From Sarea resinae (taxonomy: Eukaryota): a DNA stretch of 64,000 nucleotides. Position 1 is the stretch's first letter. Every line of letters starts with the position of its first letter. Position numbers and translations under genes: made by a program. Below, in pieces: positions 22,272 through 34,954 of this stretch. The notes below the pieces were generated by a model, which was not told the DNA's origin, did not search any database, and was given only the letters and a program-made list of their open reading frames with translations. The stretch lies in contig JAPEUD010000027.1 of NCBI GenBank assembly GCA_026026165.1, forward strand, positions 186,001 through 250,000. The letters run 5' to 3'.

Positions 22272-25200
22272 CTAAACACAACACCATTCGCCCCAGACGC
22301 ACCACCGAGCGCTCCGATCGGCGAGTACCAAACCCCTCCAAACGCCCTTCTCTCCGATCTTGATGATCGTCTCCCAAACACCGCCATCAGCCATCTCACC
22401 GCCACCAGGCCCTGTCATAGAGGCCGTGTGGTCTGATTTGCGCATCAGACGTAGGATCTTGCCGCTGGGTGCCTGGATGGCTAATTTAGCCGGCTTCGTC
22501 GACGTGGTCGCCGGTACGGATGACGAAGGGTGATGAGAGACACCGGAATTCGAAGAGGAGTAGTGTGTACTGAACGTTGGCCTGCTGTTGGCGAAGGAGG
22601 ACGTCGTGGGCACAGAGCTGGTACTCGTGCTTGCCATGGACATAGCAGAGGTAGGTCGCGGCGATGTAGCGCCGGGGTTTGGAGATGTGATACCAGGGAG
22701 AGAAGAAGGATGCTGCCGGACGGCAAAGACGAAGGTATTGTTCACAGCTAGACGAGCGCATTGGGGTTGCACGACGTAGAGGTCGTGTCGCTGGGCGTGA
22801 GGGGTGGGGTGTCGGATCAAGAAGTCATACGCGGGGTTTTCTCCTGTGTGGGTTATGGGGACGGCGAAGGCGAGAGGGTGCGGGTTGTCTTTAATAGAGT
22901 GCTGAGGAAGATTGAATGTGTCAGCAGAAGGTAAAACCAAGGTAAAAAATATCTAATGCCGATGAAATAGACAACTGGCGCAAACGTACCATTAAACCTC
23001 TCTTTCCAGCATAGACCTTCAAGATCCCGTGTCCCTCATCACCCGGTAACAGCGCCTTCACTGTATACCGTTTCTGACCACCCACCCACTCCGCTTGGGC
23101 CAATGCTCTCTTCTTGATCACGTCTCCGCTCTCGAAGAGATCGGCATCCGTATCTTGCTTAAAGCTCATGGCCTCGACCTCGGCAACGCACTCGACATCG
23201 GGAGCAACATAGAATTGAAGATGCACAAGCTCAAGCTGCTCAATTCGAAGAAGACTGGTATCATAGTCTACCATCTGTAGGCCGTTCTTGAAGAAGGGAG
23301 GGCAGGCACATGGGAGCGCTAGAAGGCTATCCGGTGCTATTGGCGGACAGATGTGCTGTTGTTCTGGAATCAGTGGGATGTGGCTGTAGCAGATTTCTGT
23401 CGGACGAGCGAGAAACCACCAGAACTCCGCCGTTTGTGAATTGGCGCTCGAGTAGAGGCTTCGTTTGGGGTTGGTTGGGCTTGCCAGTGAACAGTCCATG
23501 ACGCGCCATTCGCCGTCGACCAAAACAGCATTCCACCAATGATTCGGTCGCTCTGCACTGTCAAGTTCGAGCATCTCTCCAGGCGTTTTGAGATATCCCT
23601 GAACGACCTCTGCGTGTAAGCCTACAGCAGTGCACATCTCCATCACTAACACCGCCACCTCTTTCGCGCATCCTCTCTTGGCTTGAATCACCCTCCTCGC
23701 GTCGATGTCGCCCTCAAAATCTTCCTCCCACGCAATTTTCTCACTGACCCACGTGAAGATTGCTCGGAGCCTCTGAGCGTCGCTTCGGTACGGTCTACAG
23801 ACATGGCCTTGAGCCAAACTTGTAGGATTCGTCATGGCCGGTAGGCTATTGATAAATCTCGCGTTCTTATCCACCATGGCGAAATTCACAGCCAGAAAAT
23901 TCGTTGGGTCTGATACTGGCAATCCATCAATGCCCTCGTCCCCATCCGTCGACTCAAAGAGAGCGTCGACTGGGTTGATAACCGGGTAGTCCATCATTTG
24001 ACATCTCTCCACCCTCTCAACCCGTTCATTCTTGCTCAACGAGTTGGAGCGATTCACGTCTCGGCGGACCTGTACCCATTCGCCGCCACCTCCACCAAGA
24101 CCCATCTCCCTAGCCGCACTACTACTCGGACCAGACATTACACCATTAGGCAGTCTGCTCTTTTGCGGAAGTGGAGGTCCCATGCTTTGTCCAGGGGCGA
24201 TGCTGGTACGTGCACTGGCAGCACCCGTTTTTGCTGATTCGATGATCTTCTTGAAGAAACCACTTTTCTTAGCTTTTGGGGCCACCAGTCCTCCAAATAC
24301 CCCACCCGGCTCGGCCACACTTCCAGCCCAGTCTGCTTGGGAAGAGCTTGCACCAGATCTTGAACCTTCATGAAAGGTGATTCCTTTAGACGCCAAGGCT
24401 GGCCTCTCAAAGACCGATCGTCCGCCATCAGCCGTATCAGGACGATTCCGCGATCGCAATTCCATCACACTCGTTGGTCGGGCCTGGCTGACGTCAGTCA
24501 AGCCTCTTCTCCTTGCGAGACTACCGGCACTGGTTGCGCTGAAGGCGCCAGCAGACTGGCCGCTCATGATGCTTTGGCTCGTCAACTGCGTGCTGTTACT
24601 ACTATTAGTAGCGGTGCTCTGTACTCCACTGGATGAGCTTGTGGCATTTGATTTGATGGTAAAGGTGCGTCCGAGCATTTCCCTGCCAAGTTCGTACGCG
24701 GATTTGCGGTTTTTAAGGCGTCGCCTCTGAGATCCCTGCGAATCCACGCTCCCGTTTCCGGGTCGATCTCTGCTGAGGGAAGAATGTGGCCTACTATTCA
24801 GAGATGTATGTGGCCTTGGTTGATACGAAAGACTTTTCGGCGGAGGTGCAGGAGGAATGTCCGACGGATCGTCCACGGTTTCGTCAGGAAGGAACAGCTC
24901 GTCTTGAGGTCCAGGCCCTCGCTGTTGGCTCCTCAGGTGAGATTCCATTCGCTCAGTATATTTTGTGAACTGTGGTGGCTCTTCCTCATAGCTATCATAG
25001 CTGTTGTACTCGCCGTCCATAGTCTCGTCATCTTCAACATCAGCTCCAATGCCCAGAGACGTTCGAGGTCTTCGGTGCCGATGAACAGAGGCATTATGGT
25101 AGACCTCGTCAAACGCCTCTGGGGACCATGGATCCATCGATGTTCGCGGCCGTCCCGCGGATGGCGAATCTTGGGATATGCCCATGCCTTGTAATGAAGA

Positions 25201-26093
25201 CATCACGTCTTCCATTGCATTCCTGAGGGGAGATGGCGTATGACCGGATGGCGCTGGTGATGGTGGAATGGGAGATGGCCCTCTGGAAACCGAGAGGCCG
25301 TTTGGATATTCGTCGGGATTGGGAGACTGAACTGCTGAAGGATTGTAGGTGACGCGGTGAGGTGGTGGGGCAGGGGGTGGCGGCGAAGAACCATAGTCTT
25401 GATATTGGTCTGGTGAAGGGCCTCTTGAGCGAGAGTATTGCCTAATTGGCGGAGCCGGCGAAGGAGCCCTAGAGCCGTAAGGCACTTGATCGTTTGAAAA
25501 GGACGGTCGATGAGTTGGGCGATGATTTGAACGAAATGAGCCGTTTGTGGATGGTACGTGACCCGTTGAGAAAGACGGTCGATGAGTTGGCCGATGAGTC
25601 GATCGGACTGAGCCATTGGCCTGACTCGGCGAGGATTCCCTGGTCTTCATTTCCAGTTCTCTTGCCGCTGCGGCAGGGTTTGGCGATACGGCTCGAGAGT
25701 ATGCCTGAAAGGGTTTTCTGAACGTCTTGGCCTTCTTTGGTGTACTCGCCGCCGCCATACCACCACTCCCATTTCTGATTGGCATCGGACTCACGCCTCG
25801 ACTCTTAGGCTCGAAGCTTGCATCGAGCACCTTCACAAAGTTCGACGGAAACGTCCCAACCATACGCTTATCCCGTCGCAAGCGCCCAGTCCACCATGAC
25901 CCGTCACCAGCATTGAGGCATTCTATCAGGTCGCCTTCCACGAACCCAAGATCATGCTTATTCTGCGATGATAATGTCAGTGCTTTGTTTCTGGGCTCGA
26001 ACAGCTTGCAAAGTTTCATACCTCTCCACCCCAAGAGTACACCGCCCTGACCCAACATGGGAAGCGCGTTGGTAAGGGTGAGGCTGATGCCAT
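22272..26093 (-). CDS. CYK3: Cytokinesis protein Cyk3 (N-terminal SH3 + transglutaminase-like domain)
   Basis: Exon 1 MASASPLPTRFPCWVRAVYSWGGE; SH3 DLGFVEGDLIECLNAGDGSWW..FPSNFV; TGase-like GYLK..NHWWNAV..DCSLA; last exon HSIKDNPHPLA..GEWCCV. Confidence 0.9.
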
Positions 26094-26408
26094 GTTGGCT
26101 TCGACGATGGCGCGTAGACGGCTGTTAGCAGGTGAAGTGTCGAGTCATACGGGGTCTCCTTGTTAACGCGTCGCTCTGCCTCCAATCCGAGTCGAGATAT
26201 CGGAAGACTGGCCGTGTAGCAATTGGTTCCTAGTGTGAATGATGGGTAGCTCTCCGGCTTGAGCAGCTGAAGGAAGGACGGCGCAAAGCTGCAATTGGGG
26301 GGGGAATAGAATCAATAGGTGAGAGGGGAGCGGCGAGCGTAGGCAGTCCCCAGGACTACTAGTAGACGAGGCTGCAGACCAGGGCAGGTCTGGGTGAGGT
26401 AAGGGCTA

Positions 26409-26448
26409 AGGGCAAAATGGGCAAAATGGGCAAAATGGGCAAAAGGGC
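26409..26448. repeat. Tandem 9-mer (GGGCAAAAT)n, ~4 copies
   Basis: gggcaaaat gggcaaaat gggcaaaat gggcaaaa seen directly, upstream of CYK3. Confidence 0.85.
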
Positions 26449-26697
26449 CAAAGTGAGGTGTCAAATGTTCCGGTTTGGATGTTTGTTTACTTCGCCAAGT
26501 CACACAGAGCCTAGAGCTTGCTCGCTCGCTACGGCGCTCGCTACTCCGCTCACGGACCGTTACCCGCTCACGTTCCCTGTCGTCGGCTCTCGACACTGCT
26601 TATCGATAGCAAGGCCAACACAACGCCAAACAAATGCATCTTCAAACAGAATCAATTCTCGATAATATCATCATCACCCTGCGATCCAGTACAATTA

Positions 26698-28285
26698 TCA
26701 GAGCTCGCCGAATAGGTCGTCTTCCAGTTCCTTCACGTGCCTCGACTGCTTCCCGATCTCCGCCGTACTCAAGACACCCTTCTCACAGATGTAGCAATCG
26801 ATATACTTGGCCGGCACCCACTCGAAATACACATTCTTCACCGTCACTCTCCCGTCACCCAGGAACTTCTTCTTTTCCTTCTCATCCAACGGCCAGGCCT
26901 CGGTGAGTTCAGACCTGTCATTCTCTTCCTCGACGTGCTCCGACGTCTTCCCCGGACCCGCCACCTTTTCCACTTCGGTTAGAGCCAGAACGCGGACGTC
27001 CTTGTTCGACTCCTTGGCAAGGAGAGCGGCCGCGAGACTACCGGTCTTGTTGCTCACGTCTCCAGCTTCCGAGATACGGTCGGCGCCGATGATGACGATG
27101 TCTGCGTCTCTGGCTAGGATGCCTGCGCTGACGTCTGAAGCCACCTCGACATGGATTCTCTCAGCAATGCTGTACTCTTCTCCAAGCTCCTCGAGGAAAG
27201 AAGAAATGAAACTGACACCTTCAAAAAGAGGGCGAGACTCCATCACCTTGAGAACCACTTTCAAGTTGGGATCCTCTTTCAGTGCCCTGGTGAGACATTG
27301 CCGGACAGTCGACGATGATGAGACGGTCAGAATATGAATAGGCCCATCTTTACGGTTTCTGGATAGATACGATCTGAACTGGTCAGCCAGATGGAGTCCA
27401 CTTTGGTCCCTTTCATGAATAGCGTCTGTTAAACACCGTTCAGCGGTCTCCTTGAAGTCAGCCAATTTCACGCCCGAATCAAGCGGTTGAGCCCCCTTGA
27501 TGGCGTCCAGGGCGCTCAACACGGCGTAATTAATCGCGGCACCCATACTCAGTCTGCCATTCGTAGCGAGATGCCATCCCGCAAGCCTCAAGCCCGTCCA
27601 GAAAGAGTCGACATCTGTAGCATAAGCCAAATCGTCTCCCTGAACCACCTTCAGGAGCGTCTGCACCGCTTTCGTAGCTAGGACTCGGGCTCCGCTCGAA
27701 TGATCTTGCTGTAGATCCTTCAGCCCGGCTGCAGTGTCTTTGCCAACGACCGATCTATATAAACTCATAGTCAGGTGAGGCACGGTCTCAAAGTCCTTGA
27801 CCTCTGCAGGAGGCACGAATCGCGACTCGGTGTGCTCCCAGTCGATGACAACATCTTTCGCACCTGGCTTCAGCTCAAAGGCAAAGGGATATATCGTCCA
27901 TTCGGTATCATACGAGTCGTCCACAATCGAGAAGGGCTTGCCGGCACGTAGGAGGGTCAGATCGTTGGCATTCAGATTCGTCTCTTCCTCGATTTCGCGT
28001 TTTGCCGCCGCGAGAGGATCCTTGTCGTCCAACTCAATCGAGCCCGAACATGCCGCCCATTTTCCTCTGCGCGAAAGTACCATCTATATCAGTGCTGTTT
28101 CGGCGATGCATCTGCAGATACATGGAGCGGGCAGCCTACTTGTACGTATGCACCTTGTCACTTCGCTTGAAAATCACCACCTTGAAGCCTTTCGGATCGT
28201 CCGGCGGCGTACAGATGAACGAAGACACGACCCTCCTCTTCCTCCTCTCGGGATGAGAGCCGGAGTCCGTTTGCACCGCCGACAT
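26698..28285 (-). CDS. Nudix hydrolase fused to an eIF2B-alpha / sugar-phosphate isomerase (IF-2B) fold
   Basis: Exon 1 28285-28140, intron 28139-28067, exon 2 to 26698. Nudix box GSIELDDKDPLAAAKREIEEETNL. IF-2B motifs SGARVLA, RLSM, ESRPLFEG, IGADRI, NKTGS and NVYFEWVP. Confidence 0.85.
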
Positions 28286-28870
28286 GGTGGAAAATGGCGT
28301 CGTTGCTGTCAAGGAGAACGATGGTGGGGCTGGTCGAGTCGGCGGAAAGCGAGATCCGGGCTTATCGATAACGCGAGAATGACGTGAGGCCGGAATACTT
28401 TTGGCGCTCAACTGGGCTGGATCTAGAGGATTGTGAAGAGCTGAGATCGGTCGAGAAGGAACAATGTTTCGCAGCCTGCATGCTACTGCGGTTGTGCGCA
28501 ATGTGCGGGATCGCATTGGGAACTTGGGGGTGCAGCGATCGGGCAATGGTAAGATGATGCAGTGGTGCAGTGGGATGGGGGATGGCGGATGGCTACCTCC
28601 ACTGATCTATCGATATACTCGGCCTCCCTCGCCATGGAAGATCCGGCACGTTAGTGCGGATCTTAGATCTTTGAGATGGGGAACACCATCGACTCTCAGG
28701 CGAATCCGTCAACATTTAATTCCTTCAGTTGATGATTGAATGCTACTGACGGAAGATCAGCCCGTGATCGTTCCATCCATGCTTCTAAAACGACCATCTT
28801 GAAATGGCACCGCCAACACAGCGTAGTGGTGTGCTTCTCTCAGAGCGAAAATGAACCCTCCACGGATTGC

Positions 28871-29663
28871 TCATACAGCACTGCCGAGCACCTCCTTAGA
28901 CTTCTCCTCCTTCAACTGATTTGTGATGCTCCCGTTCCAGCCTCTCCCGCCCGTAGGATCACCGCCTTGAGCTCGAACGGCGTCATCAACCTCTGTGTTC
29001 GAGTCAGCCATCTCCCAACTCTCATCCAGCATAAAGGCACAAACCCAGGATAGAAGGCCTACCAGCGAATTCGTCATCCTCCCCCACCCATCTCCTGATC
29101 TTCTCCTTCTGGAACTCCGAAAAGTCCCACTCTTCCTCCTCCAACTTATCTTTGCCCTCGATCCAGATGTAAGTGTCTGCTTCCACCTCCTCGCCCTCGA
29201 CGTTGCCTTCGCCGGTTTCGTCTCCCACCGCGGTCAATATGCGGACGGGGACCTTCTTGCGCGTGTACTCGTCGCCCTCGAAGATATCGAGCTTCCAGAG
29301 ATCTCCCTGGGTCAGGCCGGTGACATAGGTTCCGCGGACGCTGTCACCTTCGATGCGTGTGATGGCGGGATAGTCGCAGTGACGGACCTTGCGTCTGCAG
29401 AAGTCGTGGAGGATGGCAGGCTTGATGACCAGGTGTGCCGTCGTTCCCGGAGGCGGCCTCGAGTCACCGTAGCAGACGCGATACAGGACTTGCGGCGCCA
29501 TCTAGCCCGGATTCAAGAGTCAGTGTACAATAGGTATCGAGGCAGTTGTCCGCGACGCACCAAAGTACCTGTGGTCACCGTGTCAGCTTGGCCCTATCGT
29601 GCTCGGCCTGTCATCCCTCTGTAGGTGAAGCTTACCATAGAAGAAAGCGCAGCGATCCCCCAT
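28871..29663 (-). CDS. AIG2-like / gamma-glutamylcyclotransferase family protein
   Basis: Exons 29663-29636, microexon 29568-29561, 29501-29063 and 28992-28871 reconstruct FFYGTLM..DYPAI..LDIFEGDEYTR. Confidence 0.85.
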
Positions 29664-30169
29664 CCTGACGATGGTGTTGAATCTCACGGCTGGATGTGAA
29701 GATGGAGAGACAAGACAAGAGCAGCGGAGAGGAGCAGAGAGGAGGCTGATTCCCGGAACGGGATCGCCCTTTGTCTCGGTCAAGCTCCGCTCAATCTCAG
29801 AGTCACTGGCCTTGTTGCGAGTTAAATGAAAGGCGGCGGATGAGGGCCGGACGCGGGCGCCTTTGATCTCCGTTATCGATAAGCGAAATAGCACAATCGA
29901 CTACCTGCGGATATGTACTCCGAGTACACACGGGAATAATCCGTGAAATTATCCCCAATATCCCCAGGCCAAACACCACACACCCCGAACGCCAAACATC
30001 AACACCAAACATCAACACCAAGGACACGATATTCCTTCCCCTCGTAATCCCTATTTACTCTCAAATCAACCCAGAACATCCTCCAATGCGGTGATTCCAT
30101 TCATCCTCTCAGCCTCGTCACTTGCAACCCTTCCGGAACGCAGCAGGCGCTCGCAGCTCGCCCAGCACA

Positions 30170-31199
30170 ATGGGCCTCTTGATCAAACTCGTCACCTCGA
30201 TATCGCCCATATTGTATGCAGTCTCCCGTGTCTCTGCCTGCCGCCATCCAGCCAATTGGACGGCTTCTGTGGTGCATCGCTAACGGAGATCAATGGCAGT
30301 CTCGTCGCGTCGCCCGTGCTCAGCTACTCGGACCAAATATGGAGCATCCGAAAGACGCGGTCCTCGCAGGGCTTCTCTCTTGATATCCCATTGATCATGC
30401 TGGTCGCCTCGCTCCTCCGGTATGCATTCTCGTCCTCCCCCTTTTTGTGCTCCTCCCTATCCTCCACCCCACCGACCCCACTGGCAAACCCAACTGACAG
30501 CCCCTCAGAATCGCCTACTACCCCGGCGTGCACTACGACACCTCTCTCCTAATACAATCCCTCCTGATGGTGATCATGCAACTGATCCTCCTCAAATCGG
30601 CGCTGGACTTCCGGCCGCCACCGCCCTCCCTCTCCCACACCCCCTTCGCGGACCACCACCACCACAAAATCCCGACGACGTCGCCCTCCTCGCTCACCAT
30701 TCCGCGACCCTTCAACTTCTGGCGCTGGCCGCACCAAAGGCCCTACTGGACCTTCCTCAGCTACCTCACCATCTCGCTCCTCGCCGGGCACTACTTCATC
30801 TCGCCCCTCCTGCCCGGCACGTACTTCAGCACGCTGGGCTACCTCGGCCTCGGCATCGAAGCCACGCTGCCGATCCCGCAAGTGCTGTCCAACTACGGCG
30901 CCAAATCGTGCCGCGGCTTCCGCTTCTCCGTGCTGGCCAACTGGCTCGGCGGCGACCTCATGAAGATGATCTTCTTCTTCTTCGCCGAGTCCACCATCAC
31001 CTGGGCCTTTAAGCTCTGCGGCCTCTTCCAGTTCGCCTGCGACCTCTGCCTCGGCTACCAGTACTGGCTCTTCGGCGACGGCTCCGACCCCATCTTGCAT
31101 GCGAACAGCCCTGGTCTGGCAGGCGTCGACATGGCTGCTGCGGGCTCCGGCGTGGGCGTGGGTGCAGGCCCCGGCGGCAAGGAGGCCAGGTTCATGTAG
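30170..31199 (+). CDS. ANY1: PQ-loop membrane protein (Any1/PQLC1-like)
   Basis: Spliced SPVLSYSDQI..SQGFSLDIP, LLIQS, IEATLPIPQVLSNY..GFRFSVLANWLGGD..QFACD, with several TM segments. Two introns. Confidence 0.8.
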
Positions 31200-31795
31200 T
31201 TTAATGAATTGGCGGGATCGAGAGGCGGTACTACTACCCACGGGAAACGAAAACCCGAGACATGGAGGAGCGCCGGGGAAGGGGGGAGAAGGGCATCCAC
31301 CTATTGTATACAGAAACAGCACTCTTATAGCTCCGGTCAGGTCCCGTCTCGTCTCGTTTCATCTCGTCTCTTCACCTCCACCCCCACCCCCACCCGCTTC
31401 CCTTCTTCCCTTACCAGCTAGCTGGCCGGGTCAGCGGACGACAACAACAACAGCAGCAGCAGCAGCAGCAGTACCCACATAATTTCCCCTTCTAATTTTT
31501 CCCTCTTCCCTTTTCATTTCCTCTTTTTGGGGGGTTTTGGATCGCATGCTATAGAATAGATGAGAAGCCATGCATGTATATCATATATCTTCCCATTATT
31601 TTTCGGGGGGAAAAGTAGGTAGGGCAGGTAGGGTAGGGTCGGTAGTCAGGGGAAAACGGAGAACGAACGAACGAACGAACGTACGAACATACGTATGTAT
31701 CCAATCGAACGAAATCATCTGTATCCACTATGAATCTATCTATTCTATTCTATGTAGTCTTCATATCTCAAATCTCAATCTCGGTATCTCTATAC

Positions 31796-31796
<1 letters not shown>

Positions 31797-31830
<34 letters not shown>
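31797..31830. repeat. Poly-C homopolymer (~34 nt) within a microsatellite-rich convergent intergenic region
   Basis: Direct observation; nearby (gca)n, (aacg)n and (aaaag)n tracts. Confidence 0.95.
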
Positions 31831-31914
31831 ACTTCCCTCATTCATCTCCGTAAGCACCTCAGAAAAAAGAAAAGAAAAGAAAAGAAAATTCACGACACCC
31901 TCTCCACGACCCCG

Positions 31915-33810
31915 CTATCCAGCAGCAGCAGCGTCTCTGTTTCCGTTTCCGCCTCCACCTCCATCTCCGCCTGCCCCTCGCCTTCCCTTTCCTCCACCTC
32001 CTTTGTCTCCCCTGCCCCCTTCAGCACCACCAGCAACAGCAGCAGCAGTAGCAGCAGCAGCACTAGCAATCCCATCCAGCCTCCCAAAGACCCTCTTATT
32101 AATCCTGCCCGACATCCCACCCTCCACCATCCCACCCGCCCCGCCCGTCCCGCTACCGCCCGCACGCTCCCCAGTAACCTGATAGCCCCTCCTGCGCGGA
32201 CCTAGCGCGTTGGCGGATCCCAAGCCCATGGGCAGATCGGCCGCGTACACGGCGCGGAAACGGCGGGTTTCGTGGTCGAAGGCGGTGGTATCTTCACCAG
32301 CGACGGCGGTATCAATGGGGCCCGTGGCGGCGAGAGATGCGCGCACGCCGGCGAAGAACCGGCTCAGCTGCGCGTGGTTGTGCAGTTGCAGGAGGGTCCA
32401 GGCGAGCATCTCGCGCGCGTGCAGGAGGTGGTGCAGGTAGGCGGTGCTGTAGGTCGTGCAGGTGTGGCAGGTGCAGGTGGGCGAGAGGGGGAACGGGGAC
32501 GTGGCGTGTGGAGGTGGTTGTGGTTGTGAGGAGGGATCTGGGCTAGTGGTGGTGGTGTTGGAAAAGGAGGAGGGCGGGGGGGAGGCGGCCCAGAGGTCTG
32601 TGCCCAGTGGTAATTTGCTCTCCTCGGAAGACGAAAGAGAAGAAGGCGCGGGGAATTCAAATGTCAGCGCGATCCCGGCGTCCGTGGCCGTCGTGAGAAA
32701 CGGGACCATGCATACGTCGACGCCGAGCGCGATCTGGTGCAGAAGGTCATGCGGAGTTTGCGGGGCGCAGAGCGCGAGCCGGGGGAGGTGAGATAGGGTC
32801 GTTGGGAGCAATGGGATGACGGAGGGCGTGGCGAGAGTGAGGCCCGAGATGTGCGGGAGGAGGCCGTCGGAGGAAGGTGGGGAAGAGAGGGTGGAGAGGT
32901 AGAGAGATTGCTTTCCGAGGTCGATGGGGAGGATGGGCGCGAAGATCAGCGGCTTGGGGTTGGAGGAGGTGGTGTGGCGGGGCATTGCGTCGATGCCATC
33001 GCCGCCATTGTCGTCGTTTTCTCCTTCTGGTTTGTCTTCGCCATTTACAGCTTCAACCATCTCACACATCCACTTCTCGGTCCGATACCCCATCTTATCC
33101 ACCCGCTTCCAACTACTGCGCACCCCGTCCGCCACCAGGTCCGCCATGCCTACCACGATATCCGGGCGCAGGCTGCTCGTCGCATTGGCGTAGTCGGTCG
33201 CACTCAACGTTTTGAAGCCTACAGACGTCAGGATTGCAACGCCGTCGTCAGAGTTGGATCCAGGACACGGAATCGGCGGCACGCGGCGCGGGCCGAGGAC
33301 GAGGAGCGCTTCTTCCTGCAGCGCGATGAATGCGCGTAGCGCAGACGCTGACGGCTCGTGGGCGGACATGGAAGCGGCGAAATTCAGCAGCGGGGGGGTC
33401 TCGCGGGGAGATTTCTCTATGACTGGCTCGGTGGGAACAGCAAGTTAGCTGGGGGATTGGGAGAGCGCTTTTTTGGCTTGTTTGTTTGCTTTTGCATTTG
33501 CTTGCTTGTTGGATGAATCCTTGGATCGTGTGAGAAGCAGCAATGAAAGTTAATACTCACAATCTTCGAGCGCTACGTATACCCCGCTGATATCCGTATG
33601 GCGCCTCATAAGATCATGCGCCAGATGCGGCACGACGCCGCGTGAGGTATTGGCGATGAAATGCGGCGTCTGGATGGATTTACGCCCCGGTACCAAAAGT
33701 CTGCCGAGGCGCGCCTGCGAGGCGTCCGCCGTCAGCGCTGGACTCTTGAGGATGGAGAAGATCATCTCCTCGGGTAGCGTAGCAGTGGTGCCGTTTTCCC
33801 CTTCCGCCAT
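31915..33810 (-). CDS. QTRT2: Queuine tRNA-ribosyltransferase accessory subunit (QTRT2/Qtr2)
   Basis: RLGRL..TPHFIANTSRGVVPHL, GVDV, Zn site CTCHTC..YLHHLLHAREML..LHN. One intron at ~33557-33420. Confidence 0.85.
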
Positions 33811-33979
33811 GATCTAGGGAGAGACGGAAAGGTAGGTGGGCGGCGGGTTGATCGGTGAAACTCGGACGAAATAGGAGCGTGTTGATCGATACAAATTGGT
33901 AGTTGGGATGAAGTTCAAGATCTGAGGATCCAGGGCGCCGATTGCAGATCTGATCGGATTAGATCCGATATGATATGAT

Positions 33980-34044
33980 ACGCGGGCTGTTCGGAAAAGC
34001 ACTTCCCCACGCGTCTCCCACCGAGGTTTCGCGTGGGGTCGCGA
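33980..34044. promoter_or_regulatory. MCB/SCB-like CGCG-core cluster in the QTRT2-CDC8 divergent promoter
   Basis: ACGCGG 33980, ACGCGT 34009-34014, TTTCGCGT 34027-34034 and TCGCGA 34039, upstream of the thymidylate kinase gene. Confidence 0.5.
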
Positions 34045-34151
34045 GCGACTGGGAGGCGCATGAGAAGAGCCTCGCAAGATCACAAACTACCAACGTGATC
34101 GTTGCTCAAGAGTCTTGTTGCCTTCAAAGGTCATTTTCCTGTTTCCCTACC

Positions 34152-34954
34152 ATGGTTTCATCATCAGAACGGGGTCCACGGGGCATGCTCATCGTACTCG
34201 AGGGACTGGACAAAGCGGGCAAAACGACGCAATGCGCACGACTGGCGCAGAACCTCACCGCGCATGGCTCCAACGTGAAGACGACGCGATTCCCAAGTGA
34301 GCAACTGCGCTTCGAAGTGTTTATTTCGCCATGAGCTTTACTAATGCCCCTGAAAGATCGAGCGACTACTATCGGACAGATGATCAATCGCTATCTCGAG
34401 GGCAGGACGGAGCAGGAAGACCACGCCATCCATCTGTTATTCACGGCGAACAGGTGGGAAGCGGCGTGAGTATTTGCAATTGACTAATTCCGTAATGGTG
34501 TTCTGATATGAGATACAGCGAACAGATCAAGGCGTGGATAGCTGATGGCCACATCGTCATCATCGACCGATACTACTATTCCGGCTGCGTCTACTCTGCC
34601 GCCAAACAGAACAAAGATCTCGACCTCAATTGGGCCCGCCAACCCGAGGTTGGCTTGCCAAGACCAGATTTTTGTATCTTCCTCGATATCTCGGCCGAGG
34701 ATGCTGCAAAAAGAGGCGGGTATGGAGGTGAGAAATACGAGAACAAGAGCATGCAGAGTAGAATCCGGGAACTTTACAAGCAGTTGCTAGAGTCACCAGA
34801 TGGAGACGATTTTGTGGTCATCAATGCTGGGAAGACCACCGAGGACGTGGAGAAGGAGATGCTTAACGCTGTGATAGAACGCATGCAGCGGAACAACTTT
34901 CTCTCTCCTCTGCGGCAAGTCCTTCCGTGGCCATCTTTAGATGTTAGGTCATAA
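34152..34954 (+). CDS. CDC8: Thymidylate kinase
   Basis: P-loop LEGLDKAGKTTQ, RFP|DRATTIG, HLLFTANRWE, IDRYYYSG, PEVGLPRPD and GGEKYE. Two introns. Confidence 0.95.
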
